Shown here in pieces: positions 19,600 through 37,950 of a stretch of DNA of 64,000 nucleotides. This stretch comes from the human T2T-CHM13v2.0 reference genome, Homo sapiens. The stretch lies in the NCBI RefSeq assembly GCF_009914755.1, contig NC_060937.1; one strand, given 5' to 3'. The notes under the pieces were generated by a model. That model made no database searches. It saw only the letters and a program-made list of their open reading frames with translations, and was not told where the DNA came from. How positions within the stretch are numbered: position 1 is the first letter of the stretch; every line of letters begins with the position of its first letter. The translations under genes and the position numbers were made by a program.

Positions 19600-20350
19600 A
19601 AGAAAGGCTGCCCGGAAGGGGGTCAGGAAAGCTCAGGCAAGCCCACCCTCAGGCACTACAGCTAGACTCCGAGCTTACTGGGCAGTCATCTGATTCGACC
19701 AACATCAGTTCGCAGGGCTTAAGCCCAGTCCCTTACGGCGGCCTGGGGAGGGACCAGGCCCAAGTATATAAAGCTCCCTGAGGGTCCGCGTTGGCTTTGC
19801 GCCTGTGAGTGTGATTCAAGAACGTCCCAGTGCCCTTGGCTCCTTTCGGAGTGTGACCCCGTGCTTGCACGGGACACGTTACCCAGCTCGGGTGAGAAGG
19901 GTATCTTCCGGGAACCTCGCCTTTAATAGCACAACGAGCGCAGAGTCCACTGGATCTGCGAGAAGAAACCGCGCTAACTAGTTTGTCCCTACGGCCGCCT
20001 CGTAGTCACTGCCGCGGCGCCTTGAGTCTCCGGGCCGCCTTGCCATGGCTGCCCGTGGTGTCATCGCTCCAGTTGGCGAGAGTTTGCGCTACGCTGAGTA
20101 CTTGCAGCCCTCGGCCAAACGGCCAGACGCCGACGTCGACCAGCAGAGACTGGTGAGTCCTGCCAGCGGCCCCCACCCCTCTCTGGCTCCCTTGTAGTTT
20201 CTGCTTCAGCCCCCTCTACCGCCTCACCCTTGAACCTTTGTACTCCCCCGCATTCGCTCACGGTCTGTGCCCTAGCGCTCACTTGTTCAGTGGAGAGACC
20301 GCTTTGTGCTGGGCTTTGACGCCTGGGCGTGGAAGACGGAGCAGTTCTGA
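19600..20350 (+). promoter_or_regulatory. DNAJC15: CpG-rich promoter / exon-1 CpG island of DNAJC15
   Basis: Only CpG-dense non-repeat stretch in the window; TATATAAAG at 19765, ETS-like CCGGAAG at 19612, TTCCGGGAA at 19906; no ATG between 19501 and 20044; MCJ is known to be silenced by CpG methylation around exon 1. Confidence 0.85.
20045..20152 (+). CDS. DNAJC15: DNAJC15 (MCJ) coding exon 1, codons 1-36
   Basis: GCCATGG Kozak context; translates to MAARGVIAPVGESLRYAEYLQPSAKRPDADVDQQRL, the recognisable human DNAJC15 N-terminus; ends CTG|GTGAGT (consensus donor, phase 0). Confidence 0.97.
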
Positions 20351-20704
20351 GGATCTGTCTCCTCAAGGAGCTTCCAGTCTTGTCTGGGACACAAACCAGA
20401 AAACAGGCAATTGCAAATACAGTAAAATAAGTGCTGTATGTGGATTTTCCTATCTCATAGGAGGCCCTAAAAACGTCTTGCAGGGGACGTGGTGGGATCA
20501 GGGACGCTTCTTGGAGAAAGCTGTAGTTAAAAATTAAGATCTGAATGAATAAAAACAGTCCATTCAGCAAGGAGAAGGGGAAAAAGTGTTTCGGGTACCA
20601 GGACTACTGTCTCCAAAGTCTCCCGCACAGAAACAGGGCCCAGTTGGAAACTCCAAGTGGTGTATTCAGGATGAACTGTAGAGCTGGAAAAAGGAAGGGT
20701 CTAA

Positions 20705-21098
<394 letters not shown>

Positions 21099-21196
21099 TG
21101 AAGAGAAACAGGTGGGTTTGATTTTAACCATGTATTTTCTTTAACCTGATATATGCACAGTTGCATGGTAATTTTCAACATTCAATATGAAATATT

Positions 21197-21312
21197 GCCC
21201 AAGTGGTGGTTTAGGCTTGTAATCCCAGCGCTTTAGGAAGCCCAGGCAGGAGGATCACTTGAGGCCATGAGTTTGGAGGACAGCCTGGGCAACACAGGAG
21301 ACCCCATCTCTG

Positions 21313-21353
<41 letters not shown>

Positions 21354-21516
21354 AGCTGGGTGTGGTGGTGTGAGCCTGTAGTCCTAGCTGCTTGGGAGGC
21401 TGGGTCGGGAGAATCACTTGAGCCCAGGAGTTGAGGTTATAGTGAGCTATGATTTCGCCACTGCACTCCAGCCTGAGAGACAGAGCTAGACCCTGTCTCC
21501 AACAAAGAAAAAAAAA
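21197..21516 (+). mobile_element. AluJ-like element with expanded central A-run
   Basis: Diverged Alu; pure A run 21315-21351. Confidence 0.85.
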
Positions 21517-21900
21517 TGAGGCAGTAGAGATTTAGAAAGTTTTAAGTAACTGGTCCAGGATCATCCCTGGTAAGTGGCAGATCTACGATTCCAAATGCTA
21601 CACTTTTTCCCTTATGACTTGCTGACTCCTTAGAAATAAGGATTTCTGGATATAGTATTCAGTGTATGATACAGCTGAACAAGATCAGGCAGAAGTAATC
21701 CTTTTGTGGAGAGTTGTAAAAATCCGAGTATCAGGCTTTCAAGGTAGTTGGGAGCTGTGGTAATTGGAAGATAGAACTAATATTGGTGACTTTTACATGT
21801 GTAGGTATTTTTACTTGGAAGAGGAGAGAGTTTACAGAATCCAGAGTACCACATAGGAAGCATCTTTAGTAGTCCAGGTACTTGAAGGCTAAAGTGTAGG

Positions 21901-22950
<1,050 letters not shown>

Positions 22951-23669
22951 TGACCAATAATGAGGCAGAAGATTGTTGATAATAACTTTAGGGAACTTGG
23001 AAGTACTGAAAGCAATGAGAAGCTGACAAAAGGTAAATATTAGGAAAGAAAAAAAAATGGCCTAGGTGTAGGGCATATTTGGAAATCTTATGGAAAATAG
23101 AAAATAATGTTTGTCAATGAGTTAAAGAAAAACTTTCACACTGTATTTTAAAAATGTAATTCATTTTAAGGTTTATGAAATATATCTTGTTGGGCTGGAC
23201 ATGGTGGCTCATGCCTGTAATTCTAGCAATTTGGAAGGTCAGGTGGGAGAATTACTTGAGCCCAGGGGTTCAAGACCCAGGGTGGGCAACATAGTGAGAC
23301 CCCTGTCTTTCTAAAAGAAAAATTAAAAAGAAATAAATATATCTTGTCATATTTGTTAAATAACTTTTTCTTAGGTAAGCTTCTCTTTTGAAACTAAGAA
23401 CTAATGTTCATTAGCCTGCTTAGGAGATTAAAATAATTTTTAAAAATAGGCAAAATATGTAGCATCTTGAATAAAGTTAGCATTTTACAATTAATGGTTT
23501 AATAGAAGTCATAATCAAACTTTGCACTAGCAAAGCTGTTTCTCATGGAAAAGTAGAAAAGAAACTTTAAGAGATTATTATCAAATTTTAAAGCAGTTTG
23601 AACAAAACTCAGTTTGTATGAAACGGTAGTCATTTAGTTTCCATTACTTTCCTGAAAACTGTAACTCTT

Positions 23670-23850
23670 ACTTTTATTTTTCTTCAATTTTTATTTTAAG
23701 TTCCGGGGTACATGTGCTAGATGTGCAGGTTTGTTACACAGGTAAATGTGTGCCGTGGTGGTTTGCTGCACAGATTGTCTCATCACCTAGGTATTAAGCC
23801 CAGCATGCATTAGCTATTCTTCCTGATGCTCTCCCTCCTCCCACCCCCAC
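23670..23850 (-). mobile_element. Short 5'-truncated L1PA 3' end
   Basis: ttttaagttccggggtacatgtg...catcacctaggtattaagcccagcatgcattagc; AACTCTT repeated on both flanks. Confidence 0.85.
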
Positions 23851-24022
23851 AACTCTTGTTATTATTAGGATAGTGTAACATGTAAAAAAAACTAGACACA
23901 TATATGTTTCATTATAAACAATCCTGATACGTGAAAACTAAAACCTGTCAAACTAATTTTCAGGCATTTATTCATTTCCAAAAATAAGACAGTACTTTTA
24001 CTATTTTGCAATGATAACATGA

Positions 24023-24400
<378 letters not shown>

Positions 24401-26761
24401 TGATTCTTTCCCACTGTTTTTTACACCATAATGGGAGGCTAGAATGTTAAGTTTCATGGACAGGGACTTTATTTGTTCTCTGGTATGTATTTCTAGCATT
24501 TATAATGGTGCCTGATGTGTGGTAAACATTCCAAAAAGAAATTGTTGAATGAATGAATGTTATTCTTGAATGGGAAGAAATGAGAAGAACTTTTCTTTCA
24601 GTGAATGGAGTAAGAATTTCCAGATGTCTACCAGTGAGTACCATACACAAAAATAGAAAATTCAGCTTATTTAAAATGTAGCTCATTATAGTCTTCCCTG
24701 AACATGCTGATTCTCCTCTTCTTTCCCCCTTTCTTGACTAGTGCCATCATGTGCACTTTCTCCTTTACCTCCACCATTCAGTTCATGAGTCACTTAGCCT
24801 CATCTCTGTAATTTTTTTCATGGTATTCCTTCCCTTGCTATTTTCTTAGTCTTTATTGTTTCTCCTCTGGCCTGTAGTGATCGCCTTTAAAAACAAGTCT
24901 CTTTGCTTCTGGTATTGTATCCTTTCTAAACTTCACACTGCCATCAGTTATTTTTCTACAACACAGACTTGTTAATGACACCATCCCTTTTTATGAGTTT
25001 AACATGATCTAAACCTTTCTTAGGATCTTACACAGGACTCTTCATGTACTGATCCTTAAATGACATATCCAGCCACATTTCACATCCCCTACATTGCACT
25101 GTACCCTGTACTATAGTTACATTAAGTTTCCTTCATGAAATTTTATGGTTCTGTGACTTTACTAGAGCTTTCTCTTCTGAAATTCTTTTCCTGGCTAACT
25201 CCTATTCATTTTTTTTTTAAAGACACATCCAGTGTGAAGCCTTCCCTGACCCCAGTTCCCTTTGCCTAGTAGGAGAAAATTGTTTTATACTGTGTGTTTC
25301 CTTAGGAAGTTGCACAAGTTTTTATTATAGTTTATTAAGATACATCAAAATTATTTATATTTGTATAAGCACCTATGGTGTGAAGTCCTCAGGGAAGACA
25401 CTTGTATCTGTATCTGTGATTGGCATTGTAATTGGCACATGATAGCCATTTAATTATTTGTCTATGAAATAGCTATTAACTTCTATTATTATTGAGCAAC
25501 TTAATAAATAAACATGGATATTTGATTTTAATATCATTGACACCTGTATTTTTTCCTTGTAGGGTCCTCTTATATGTTAGCCTCTAAGGGAGAGCAAGAG
25601 TCTGTGTCTGTCTTGCTCACTGCTTTTTCCCCAGAACTTAGCATAAGTCCTGGCACATGCCAAATAAATGTTTATATATTTATATGGTAAAAGTTAAATA
25701 AGTATTTGTTGAATGAGTGAATAGTCTACGTCTTTCCTCTCTCCATCACAACTACCACCCCTCTTGTGAGGAGGAAGAATACTTTTTTTCTTCTTCATTT
25801 CCCTCTGGTACAACTCTTGTTTTTCTTGGACTGAAATGTTCAGTCTCAAAATAGAAATTTTAGCATTTTATAACACTTTCAGGCAACTTATATTTATCTA
25901 AAAAGTTATTTACTGCCTATGTTGTTTAGGGAGAATAAAATGCCATAGGGAATTTGTAAACAATTTTGGTGCCTTTTTTTTTTCCCCAGCTGTAGCAGCT
26001 ATGATGGAGTGATCTTTTTTCCCAGTTTTCAGAAATTTTTTGATTCATGGTAGTGGAACATTTATAGTAATTTTTCTGTTTTTTTAATTGTTGCTGTTGT
26101 TATTTTGGTTTTTTTAGTGGATATTTGAAACCAGGTAGTGGTAACAGATACCTGACATGGCCCATTTGTTGATTTGCTGGCATTATTTAAATAATGTTTC
26201 TTCTCTTTGAAATATGCCTTTTTAACTAAAATTAGATATTCTTTATAGATGGGGATGAAGTTTTAAGAATACTCGTTCTCTCAGTTCCCAACATAGTACC
26301 AGGCACATGGTTGCTCTGCCTCATAAATTTTTGTTGAATCATTAAATTAACAAATGAATGAAACCAACAGGCTTGGAGATAAGTAGATTAGGGAAATGTT
26401 ATAGAATGATGAACGGACAGCCTTCAGGAATTAAAAAAAGAATAAGATAAATGAGACTATACCTCTTTGACTTTTGTAATAGTCAGGAGAGGCCTAAAAT
26501 GTCAGTATCTAATAAATATGTGTATAATCAGAGTACGTATAATACTCTGACTTCTGATGTGCTTTTTCAAGTTTTGATCATTGCTTATTAATATCTCCAA
26601 TAACACAGGCAGTCTCCAACTTAGAAATAGGTTCTGTTTTTAAAATTTGTCAATTAAATTCATTTTAATAGATTTTTGGGTAACACCAAATATATGGAAG
26701 CTATAAACTAAGTGTGTATAGGGAGGGTATAAATAAACCAAGATTGCCACCCTCAAGGGCA

Positions 26762-26940
26762 GAGGATAGCAAACTTAATTTGTAAAGGGTTAGATAGTAA
26801 CCATTTCAGGCTCTGCAGACCATATAGCATCTGGCACACATTTACCTGTGTAACAAACCTGCACATCTAGCTGCAACTACACTGTTGTAGACTGAACACA
26901 TAGACAATAAATAAATGTGGCTATTTATGAAAACAGTTGC
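26762..26940. mobile_element. MER58-like DNA transposon
   Basis: gtaaagggttagatagtaa...ggctctgcagaccata motif. Confidence 0.6.
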
Positions 26941-28289
26941 TCTAGGAGGCAAATTTGGAGCAAATTTAAATGCCCAATTAAAGACAGTTTCTCTAAGTGC
27001 TATCATATTTTTGTTCATTTATTTATTCATCCATTTAACACTTTATTTATGGAGTCGTACATTATTAGGTAAGGTTCTGAGTCTAAGTGCTATAGTGGAT
27101 ACAAAGATGAATCAAATACGCATTTTTTCCTCAAGGGACTTGACCAGAAACTAAACCTAGACTCTCAGACTGGGAACTCCCCAGCAGTGGAGATCCTGCC
27201 TGATTCACTTTTGAGAATGACTTCTAGGGCCAAGCACAGCATGGGGTAGGTTGCAGATACTTAGTAAATGTCTTTTCAAGGGTAAGGGAATGAAAGACTA
27301 AGGCATAGGTGTCATAAGAGAAATATATGGATAAAATGCTTGATTTCGTAGGAATGAGCCATTGTTTCTTATTTGGGAAATCAGAGAAAACTGTGAAAAG
27401 TGAGTTGAATGAGTAGAACATTGAGAAAAGGGAAGAATGTGAGCTAAGTTAAAAAGATAAAATCTTAGGCAGAGGTAGCAAATTCAGATGCTTAAAGGGG
27501 GCAGTCAGGTGGCACAAATGAGTGAGGGGATGACTGGGTTAAATGGTGTTGCATTATGTGAGTGATGATTATAGCAAAATGAGAGAGCACTTGCTTTTCT
27601 AAAGGAGGCAGATCATTGGAATAAACCATTATTACCAGATGTTTGATTTTTCGAAAGAAACCAGAAAGAGATAAATAAGTTTTTCTAAAATGTGGGTTAT
27701 ATCAAGGAAGAAAAATAGGGAAAGGTAGGTTGGGTTAACAACTGTAGATAGCTCCAAATGGCGGGTTAAGGAATGTGTGGACTAAATTTGTAGGCAGTTA
27801 ATTTTGTAGGAGTTGTGTGATCAGTGGAGGCCTTCAGGAGAATCAAGCCCAGAGCAGTGTTTAAGAAGGGTAGAAACTAAACCTAGACTCCTAGACTGGG
27901 AACTCCTCAGCAGCGGAGATCCTGTAGAAGAGGACAAGCCTAGTTGAAAATGCGTTACAGTGGGCAGTACTTTGGGAGTGTAGAGGAGGAGATGATGGCA
28001 GCAATAAGAGTGATGATAGCTGAACTGTTTTGTGCCAGGCTTTATGCTAATGTTTTAAATGCATGAACTCATTTAGTCTATATAATAATCCTAGCAGGTA
28101 TAGATACTGCTAATATTATAACCCTCTACTTGTAGAGGAATAAATTGAGGCTTAAAGCACTGAAATAATTTGTGCAAAGTCACACATTTGAGAAGTAGAT
28201 GAATCCCAGAGGTACTCTGCTTTGTTGCCTCTGTGCTCTTATTCAGAATATTCTCTTTGTTTCTCTTTCCCCTTCAACTTCTTAAATTA

Positions 28290-28765
28290 TGTCACGGTCT
28301 AACTAGGAAAACATATAACTTAAATAATATAAAACAAGGGAAATGTAATTCAAGGAATTGGCTTCATAGCTAGTGGAGTTGTTGAGAAATGAAACTAGGA
28401 TGGTGAAGCAATCCAGAGATTGGGAACAGCAAGGAACCACTAGCACTCCTAGAGCTGTAGGGCCAAAGGGAGGAGTTGGTGTTTTTCAAAACCACTCTAC
28501 ATTAATTGGAACCACGGATGTCTGTTCAGGGGGAGCTGGAGCCACTGCTGCTGCTGGAGCAGTTGCTAAAGACGGAGAGGAAGGGGCGGTAATACCGTGG
28601 TTTCTTCCTTGTTTTCACTGTCCAGTCTTTCACCATTGCATCCCATTGGTCTGACTCTACTGGGACCAGCTGACACAAGAGCCTGTAGGACTTAGCTCTT
28701 CTAACAGAACAGAGAATAGCCCAGGAATTGATTGGTGAATGCATATGGGCCTGCGACCAACACAT
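28290..28765 (-). mobile_element. LTR33-like (ERVL) LTR
   Basis: Diverged LTR33-type motifs (cccattggtctga...ccagctgacacaagagcctg). Confidence 0.5.
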
Positions 28766-28981
28766 TATCTGTTTTCAGCTGTAATTTGAATTCCACTGAT
28801 AATAAGAAATTTGAAAGCACAGTCTCCTAAAAGCAGTGTTAGAAAACACTTTTTGAAATGCTAAGTATTCCCTTAATCCACAGTGTAAGGGTAACAGTAT
28901 TATTTTGTGGAATTCCATTTACACTGTCTTATGTCCTTGGAATATCATTTCCATGCTATTGGAGATAAAATAAGTACTGTT

Positions 28982-29865
<884 letters not shown>

Positions 29866-29869
29866 TAAA

Positions 29870-31350
<1,481 letters not shown>

Positions 31351-32169
31351 TGTATATAACATTTTATCTCATGGGGAGCTTCATTCTGGGTCATAACTTC
31401 AGATCCTAATCCATTTTTATCCTCCCACCCTCATCCATTTTTATCCTCCCACCCAAATGTTCCCCAATTCCTTTATCTTTTCCCTATATAGCTGATGAGG
31501 TAAGAGCAAAAGATATCCTTGTCTTGGTACACGTGGCTGCTGCTTTCAGTCCATCAAGGACAGTAGAATTTTTCCCTGAAGCTTCAGTAAAGCGCTTTTG
31601 TGTTTGTTTAGTTTGGGCTTTATTTTTGTTTTTCAATATCTGGTGTTAGGGACTGCTAATGGAGGGAGGGTGCTAGGGATTGTGAAAGGAATTAGAGAGA
31701 GAGAAAGAGACTCATTAACCTTTCTGCCATTTGTCATTGTATTTCAAGTTTGTTATAGAATCTTAGTACAGGTCAAGTGAACAGTAAAGAACCTGTCTCT
31801 GGGTATAAGGTTAAATATTGCATATTCATTCCTCTAAAGGACTGAATATGGTCTTCAAGAGAATGATTTTCACTTCTTTTGGAATACCTAGAATTTAACA
31901 ATCACCACCACACTGAAAAAATAGTTTTTGTATAGTAGGCATTAGAACTGAAGAGAACTAAACCAAGGGAGAAAAGAATGGTACTTTAAATAGCACTTTC
32001 CTCCCCAAATAATGCCTAGCTGCAGTGATGTTAAAGTTTAATTCAAGGACTTCATTACTATAAGTACTTAAGAGATTTCTATATTTTTATGTGGTTTTTG
32101 AATAATTTCTGTATTGATTTGTAAGTAACTTTTTTCAAAGTACCAATTTATTTTTTAATTTTAATATTT

Positions 32170-33610
<1,441 letters not shown>

Positions 33611-34951
33611 TGCCTTAAAGTAAAATCGGTTGCTGTAAGGGAGTAAAAGTAGCTTTCATTAAAGGGGATGATTTCCCAAGCAAGAAGAAATAAGCAAAAC
33701 TACAAAATGTTGCAGATAAGGTGTACATCAGATATAAGCCGAAAAAGAGAGTTTGAGGGGTTCTTGCTGGAGACTTCAAAGTCAGTATGATAAAAGCTTG
33801 GAGTACTTGATAGGAAGGAGGCCAACTAGAGATGCAGTGGGATCATTTTTATGATCAGGGTGCAGATTTAAGTGCAAGGATAAAAAGGGAGACACCGAAG
33901 ATCAATGTAGTTATTCTTGAAGAATGTAAGGAAGAATTCATTTTTAAAGTTTATTTTAAAGTAGACAGGTCAGAGGGTTTTCTGCCTTCTGATGTTAAAA
34001 CATGTTAAACCCATCTCACCAGGTGAGATCTTCCTTTTTCTTTTTTTAATAACCTTTATTTTTACCTCCTGATTTTAAAAAGACGATTATGTAATGTTAT
34101 ATAGTAATTGTAATAGCTACCATTTGTTGAATGTTTATCCCATGTTAAATATACTAGTTTATATATATGAATGCCCTAACTTAAAAAAATTCTTATCAAC
34201 CCAAGGAATTAGGTGCAGTCATCATCCTCATTTTACAGATGAAGGAACACATGGAGGTCATGTAACTTGGGCAGGTCATGGAGCTGACAAGTAAGGAGCC
34301 AAAACTCAAACCATATTTCTTTGATTCTAAAGTCTAATGATCCCAAGACTACGTTTTAATGAAAATATTCTTTTTTATAGCCTGCTTTTATTCTGTACTT
34401 AACATGTGGTTGCTAAACATTCCTCAATAATATATTTAATTGTTGATCCATATTTTACATGTGCCTTAATTTATTTAATGATTCCCCCATTGTTGGGTAG
34501 TCAGATTGTTTCCATTTTTTTGTATTACAAATAAAACACAGTGATGAATTTTCTCTTAAATGTTTTTATGGATTTTTCTGATTATTTTCTTCGGATAAAT
34601 TTTTTGAATCTTAGTTACTAAGCCTAAAGACATTAGTATATTTAAGGTTGTTGATTCCTGTGATGAAAGTAACCTCAAGACACATTGTCCCAATTTGCAT
34701 TCCTAGCATCAGCCATCAGTTCAGGAGATTGTTCATTGAACCATTCTTTTGACAATTTGTAAGACTTTGATTTGTTGGCCAAAATGTATACCTCTCATGA
34801 TTAACAGGCTGCGTACTGGAGGTATGACAGATTGTCACATGGCCCCATCCAGAGGAAAAGCTGAAAGAGGGACTAGTAATGCCAGTTTCATACTTATCAA
34901 ACGATTCCATTTTTGTATTAAACATAGGAGTATTAAAAATACGACTGGGGA

Positions 34952-35342
<391 letters not shown>

Positions 35343-36174
35343 CTAGCTTGATGTTAGATAATAAAAATGACACTGTATTCTCTAGAAAATTTAAAAACCT
35401 ACCTAGTAATAAGTTGTAGAAGACTTTATATGTTTTTTGTGAATGGGCAGATAGGGGTGTTTTGTTGAGTGTGAGCTCACACTGGAAAAAATCTTGAGTA
35501 ATTTTTATAATCCATTAAAGGTAATGTGAGAGTGACTTCAGATTGTTGCTTGAAGGCATAAGCTCTGGTCTGGAATTAGGATACCTGGGCTCTAGTCCAG
35601 TGTAGAATTGTTGCTGCAATTTGCAAGTCATGTAACTTCTCGGGCCCTCAGTGTCTTCCTCATAAAATGTGGGTTTTGGCTAATGTTCTCTGTCATTTTT
35701 TTCAACTCTATGATTCCGTGACATTGACTTAATTTATTATTACAGTCAGAAATGTCAACAAAACATTCGTGGAAACTATTGTAAATGGAACAGAAACATC
35801 TTTTTGTATAAAATTATAGTGTTTCTATAGAAGTCTGTGTGTGCCTTTGCATGTACCTTTCCATGCAATCAAACAGAAATGAAAAGTTTCCAGAAAAGGT
35901 CAACAAGTAAATTTACTGAGGGGAGAAGTGTGTGATTGAGTGTCTAGGAGTCTCAGGGGGTGGAGACACCAAGGGAAGGCTAATTTGAAGACATAGGCAA
36001 AATAGTTCAGAACTTAATTCAGGACTTTAGAAATTCATTGGCCAAAAAATTCTAATAAAATTTCAGTACAATAATAAAATGATAAAAGCTGTTGGTTGGG
36101 TGAAAAAGGCCCTTTCCTTCAAATGTTAGAAAACAAAACTAAGGATACTATTTAAACTTGAAAGAGATAAATTT

Positions 36175-36480
36175 GGCTGGGCATGGTGGCTCATGCCTGT
36201 AATCCCAGCACTTTGGGAGGCTGAGGCAGGGGGATCACCTGAAGTCAGGAGTTCAAAATGACCAGCCTGGCCAATATGGTGGAACCTCATCTCTACTAAA
36301 AATACAAAAGTTAGCCAGGCGTGGTGGCGTGTACCTGTAGTCCCATTTACTCGGGAAGCTGAGACAGGAGAATTGGTTGTACACGGGAAGTGGAGGTTGC
36401 AATGAGCTGAGGTCACACCACTGCGCTCCATCCTGGGCAAAAGAGTGAGACTCTGTCTCAAAAGAGAGAGAGAGAAAAAG
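36175..36480 (+). mobile_element. Alu
   Basis: Alu motifs. Confidence 0.92.
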
Positions 36481-36984
36481 AAATATATACATTTAGGACT
36501 AGTGAATTAAATAGCAGGGATGAGCAAGTTAAAGAATCTCACTCCTAGACCCAAATGAACCTTGAGCTGCCTAGAAGACTGAACCTTTGAGAGCAGCTGT
36601 ATCTGAAGCTTCAGGCCAAAGAACAGTTCTCAGAAGTTGCATTACTAGACTTGACATGTGCCAGCCATCAAGACCCACAAAGCAAAGATATAGAGCCTGC
36701 TGTAGTTCTTTCTTCCTAACAAATTCGTTTCAAATGCTGAAGGTTTTAAAATATTTTTTCTGGCTTAATTTTCTAACTAGAATTTGGTTTTGGCTTTGAA
36801 ATTTTTGTCTCTTTTTGACTTACCTGTTTATCTGTGGGGGTAATAATCTGTTACCTGGTTATCATCTTGAAGTGACCCCATAATGTTAAGTAGATGGAAG
36901 TTGACTTTACATTTTACAAGTTGTCTGGTCTAATCTGTGTTTAAAATATTCTGCAGGCCTAGTCTGTTTTTAACATATTCTATA

Positions 36985-37950
36985 TGAAGGGGTGGTTTGC
37001 CCCTCCACACCTGTGGGCGTTTCTCGTTAGGTGGAACAAGAGACTTGGAAAAGAAAGAGACACAGAGACAAAGTATAGAGAAGGAAAAAAGGGGGCCCAG
37101 GGGACCAGCGTTCAGCATACGGAGGATCTCGCCGGCCTCTGAGTTCCCTTAGTATTTATTGGTCATTCTTGGGTGTTTCTCGGAGAGGGGGATGTGGCAG
37201 GGTCATAGGATAATGAGAGAAAGTCAGCAGATAAGCACGTGAACAAAGGTCTCTGCATCATAGACAAGGTAAAGAATTAAGTGCTGTGCTTTAGATATGC
37301 ATACACATAAACATCTCAATGCCTTAAAGAGCAGTATTGCTGCCCGCCTGTCCCACCTCCAGCCCTAAGGCAGTTTTCCCCATCTCAGTAGATGGAACAT
37401 ACAATCTGGTTTTATACTGAGACATTCCATTGCCCAGAGATGGGCAGGAGACAGATGCCTTCCTCATGTCTCAACTGCAAAGAGGCGTTCCTTCCTCTTT
37501 TACTAATCCTCCTCAGCACAGACCCTTTACAGGTGTCGGGCTGGGGGACGGTCAGGTCTTTCCCTTCCCACGAGGCCATATTTCAGACTATCACATGGGG
37601 AGAAACCTTGGACGATACCTGGCTTTCCTAGGCAGAGGTCTCTGCAGGGTTTTGTGTCCCTGGGTACTTGAGATTAGGGAGTGGTGATGACTCTTAACCA
37701 CTGCTGCCTTCAAGCATTTGCCTTCAAGCATTTGTTTAACAAAGCACATCTTGCACAGCCCTTAATCCATTTAACCCTGAGTTGACACAGCACATGTTTC
37801 AGGGAGCACAGGGTTGGGGGTAAGGTTACAGATTAACAGCATCTCAAGGCAGAAGAATTTCTCTTAGTACAGAACAAAATGGAGTCTCTTGTGTCTACTT
37901 CTTTCTACACAGACACAGTAACAATCTGATCTCTCTTTCTTTTCCCCACA
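36985..37950 (-). mobile_element. HERV-K(HML-2) solo LTR, LTR5A/5B type, TSD CTATA
   Basis: Minus strand begins TGTGGGGAAAAGAAAGAGAGATCAGATTGTTACTGTG and ends CCACCCCTTCA; 966 bp; TSD on both sides. Confidence 0.92.

Noticed and set aside
19655-19670. ACTACA-containing motif resembling a ZNF143 site
   Set aside because: Lacks the TCCC half of the consensus
20061-20570. 169-aa antisense ORF over exon 1
   Set aside because: No recognisable domain; expected in GC-rich, stop-poor sequence
31409-31454. 22-bp perfect repeat with a 2-bp spacer
   Set aside because: Simple recent tandem duplication with no functional cue
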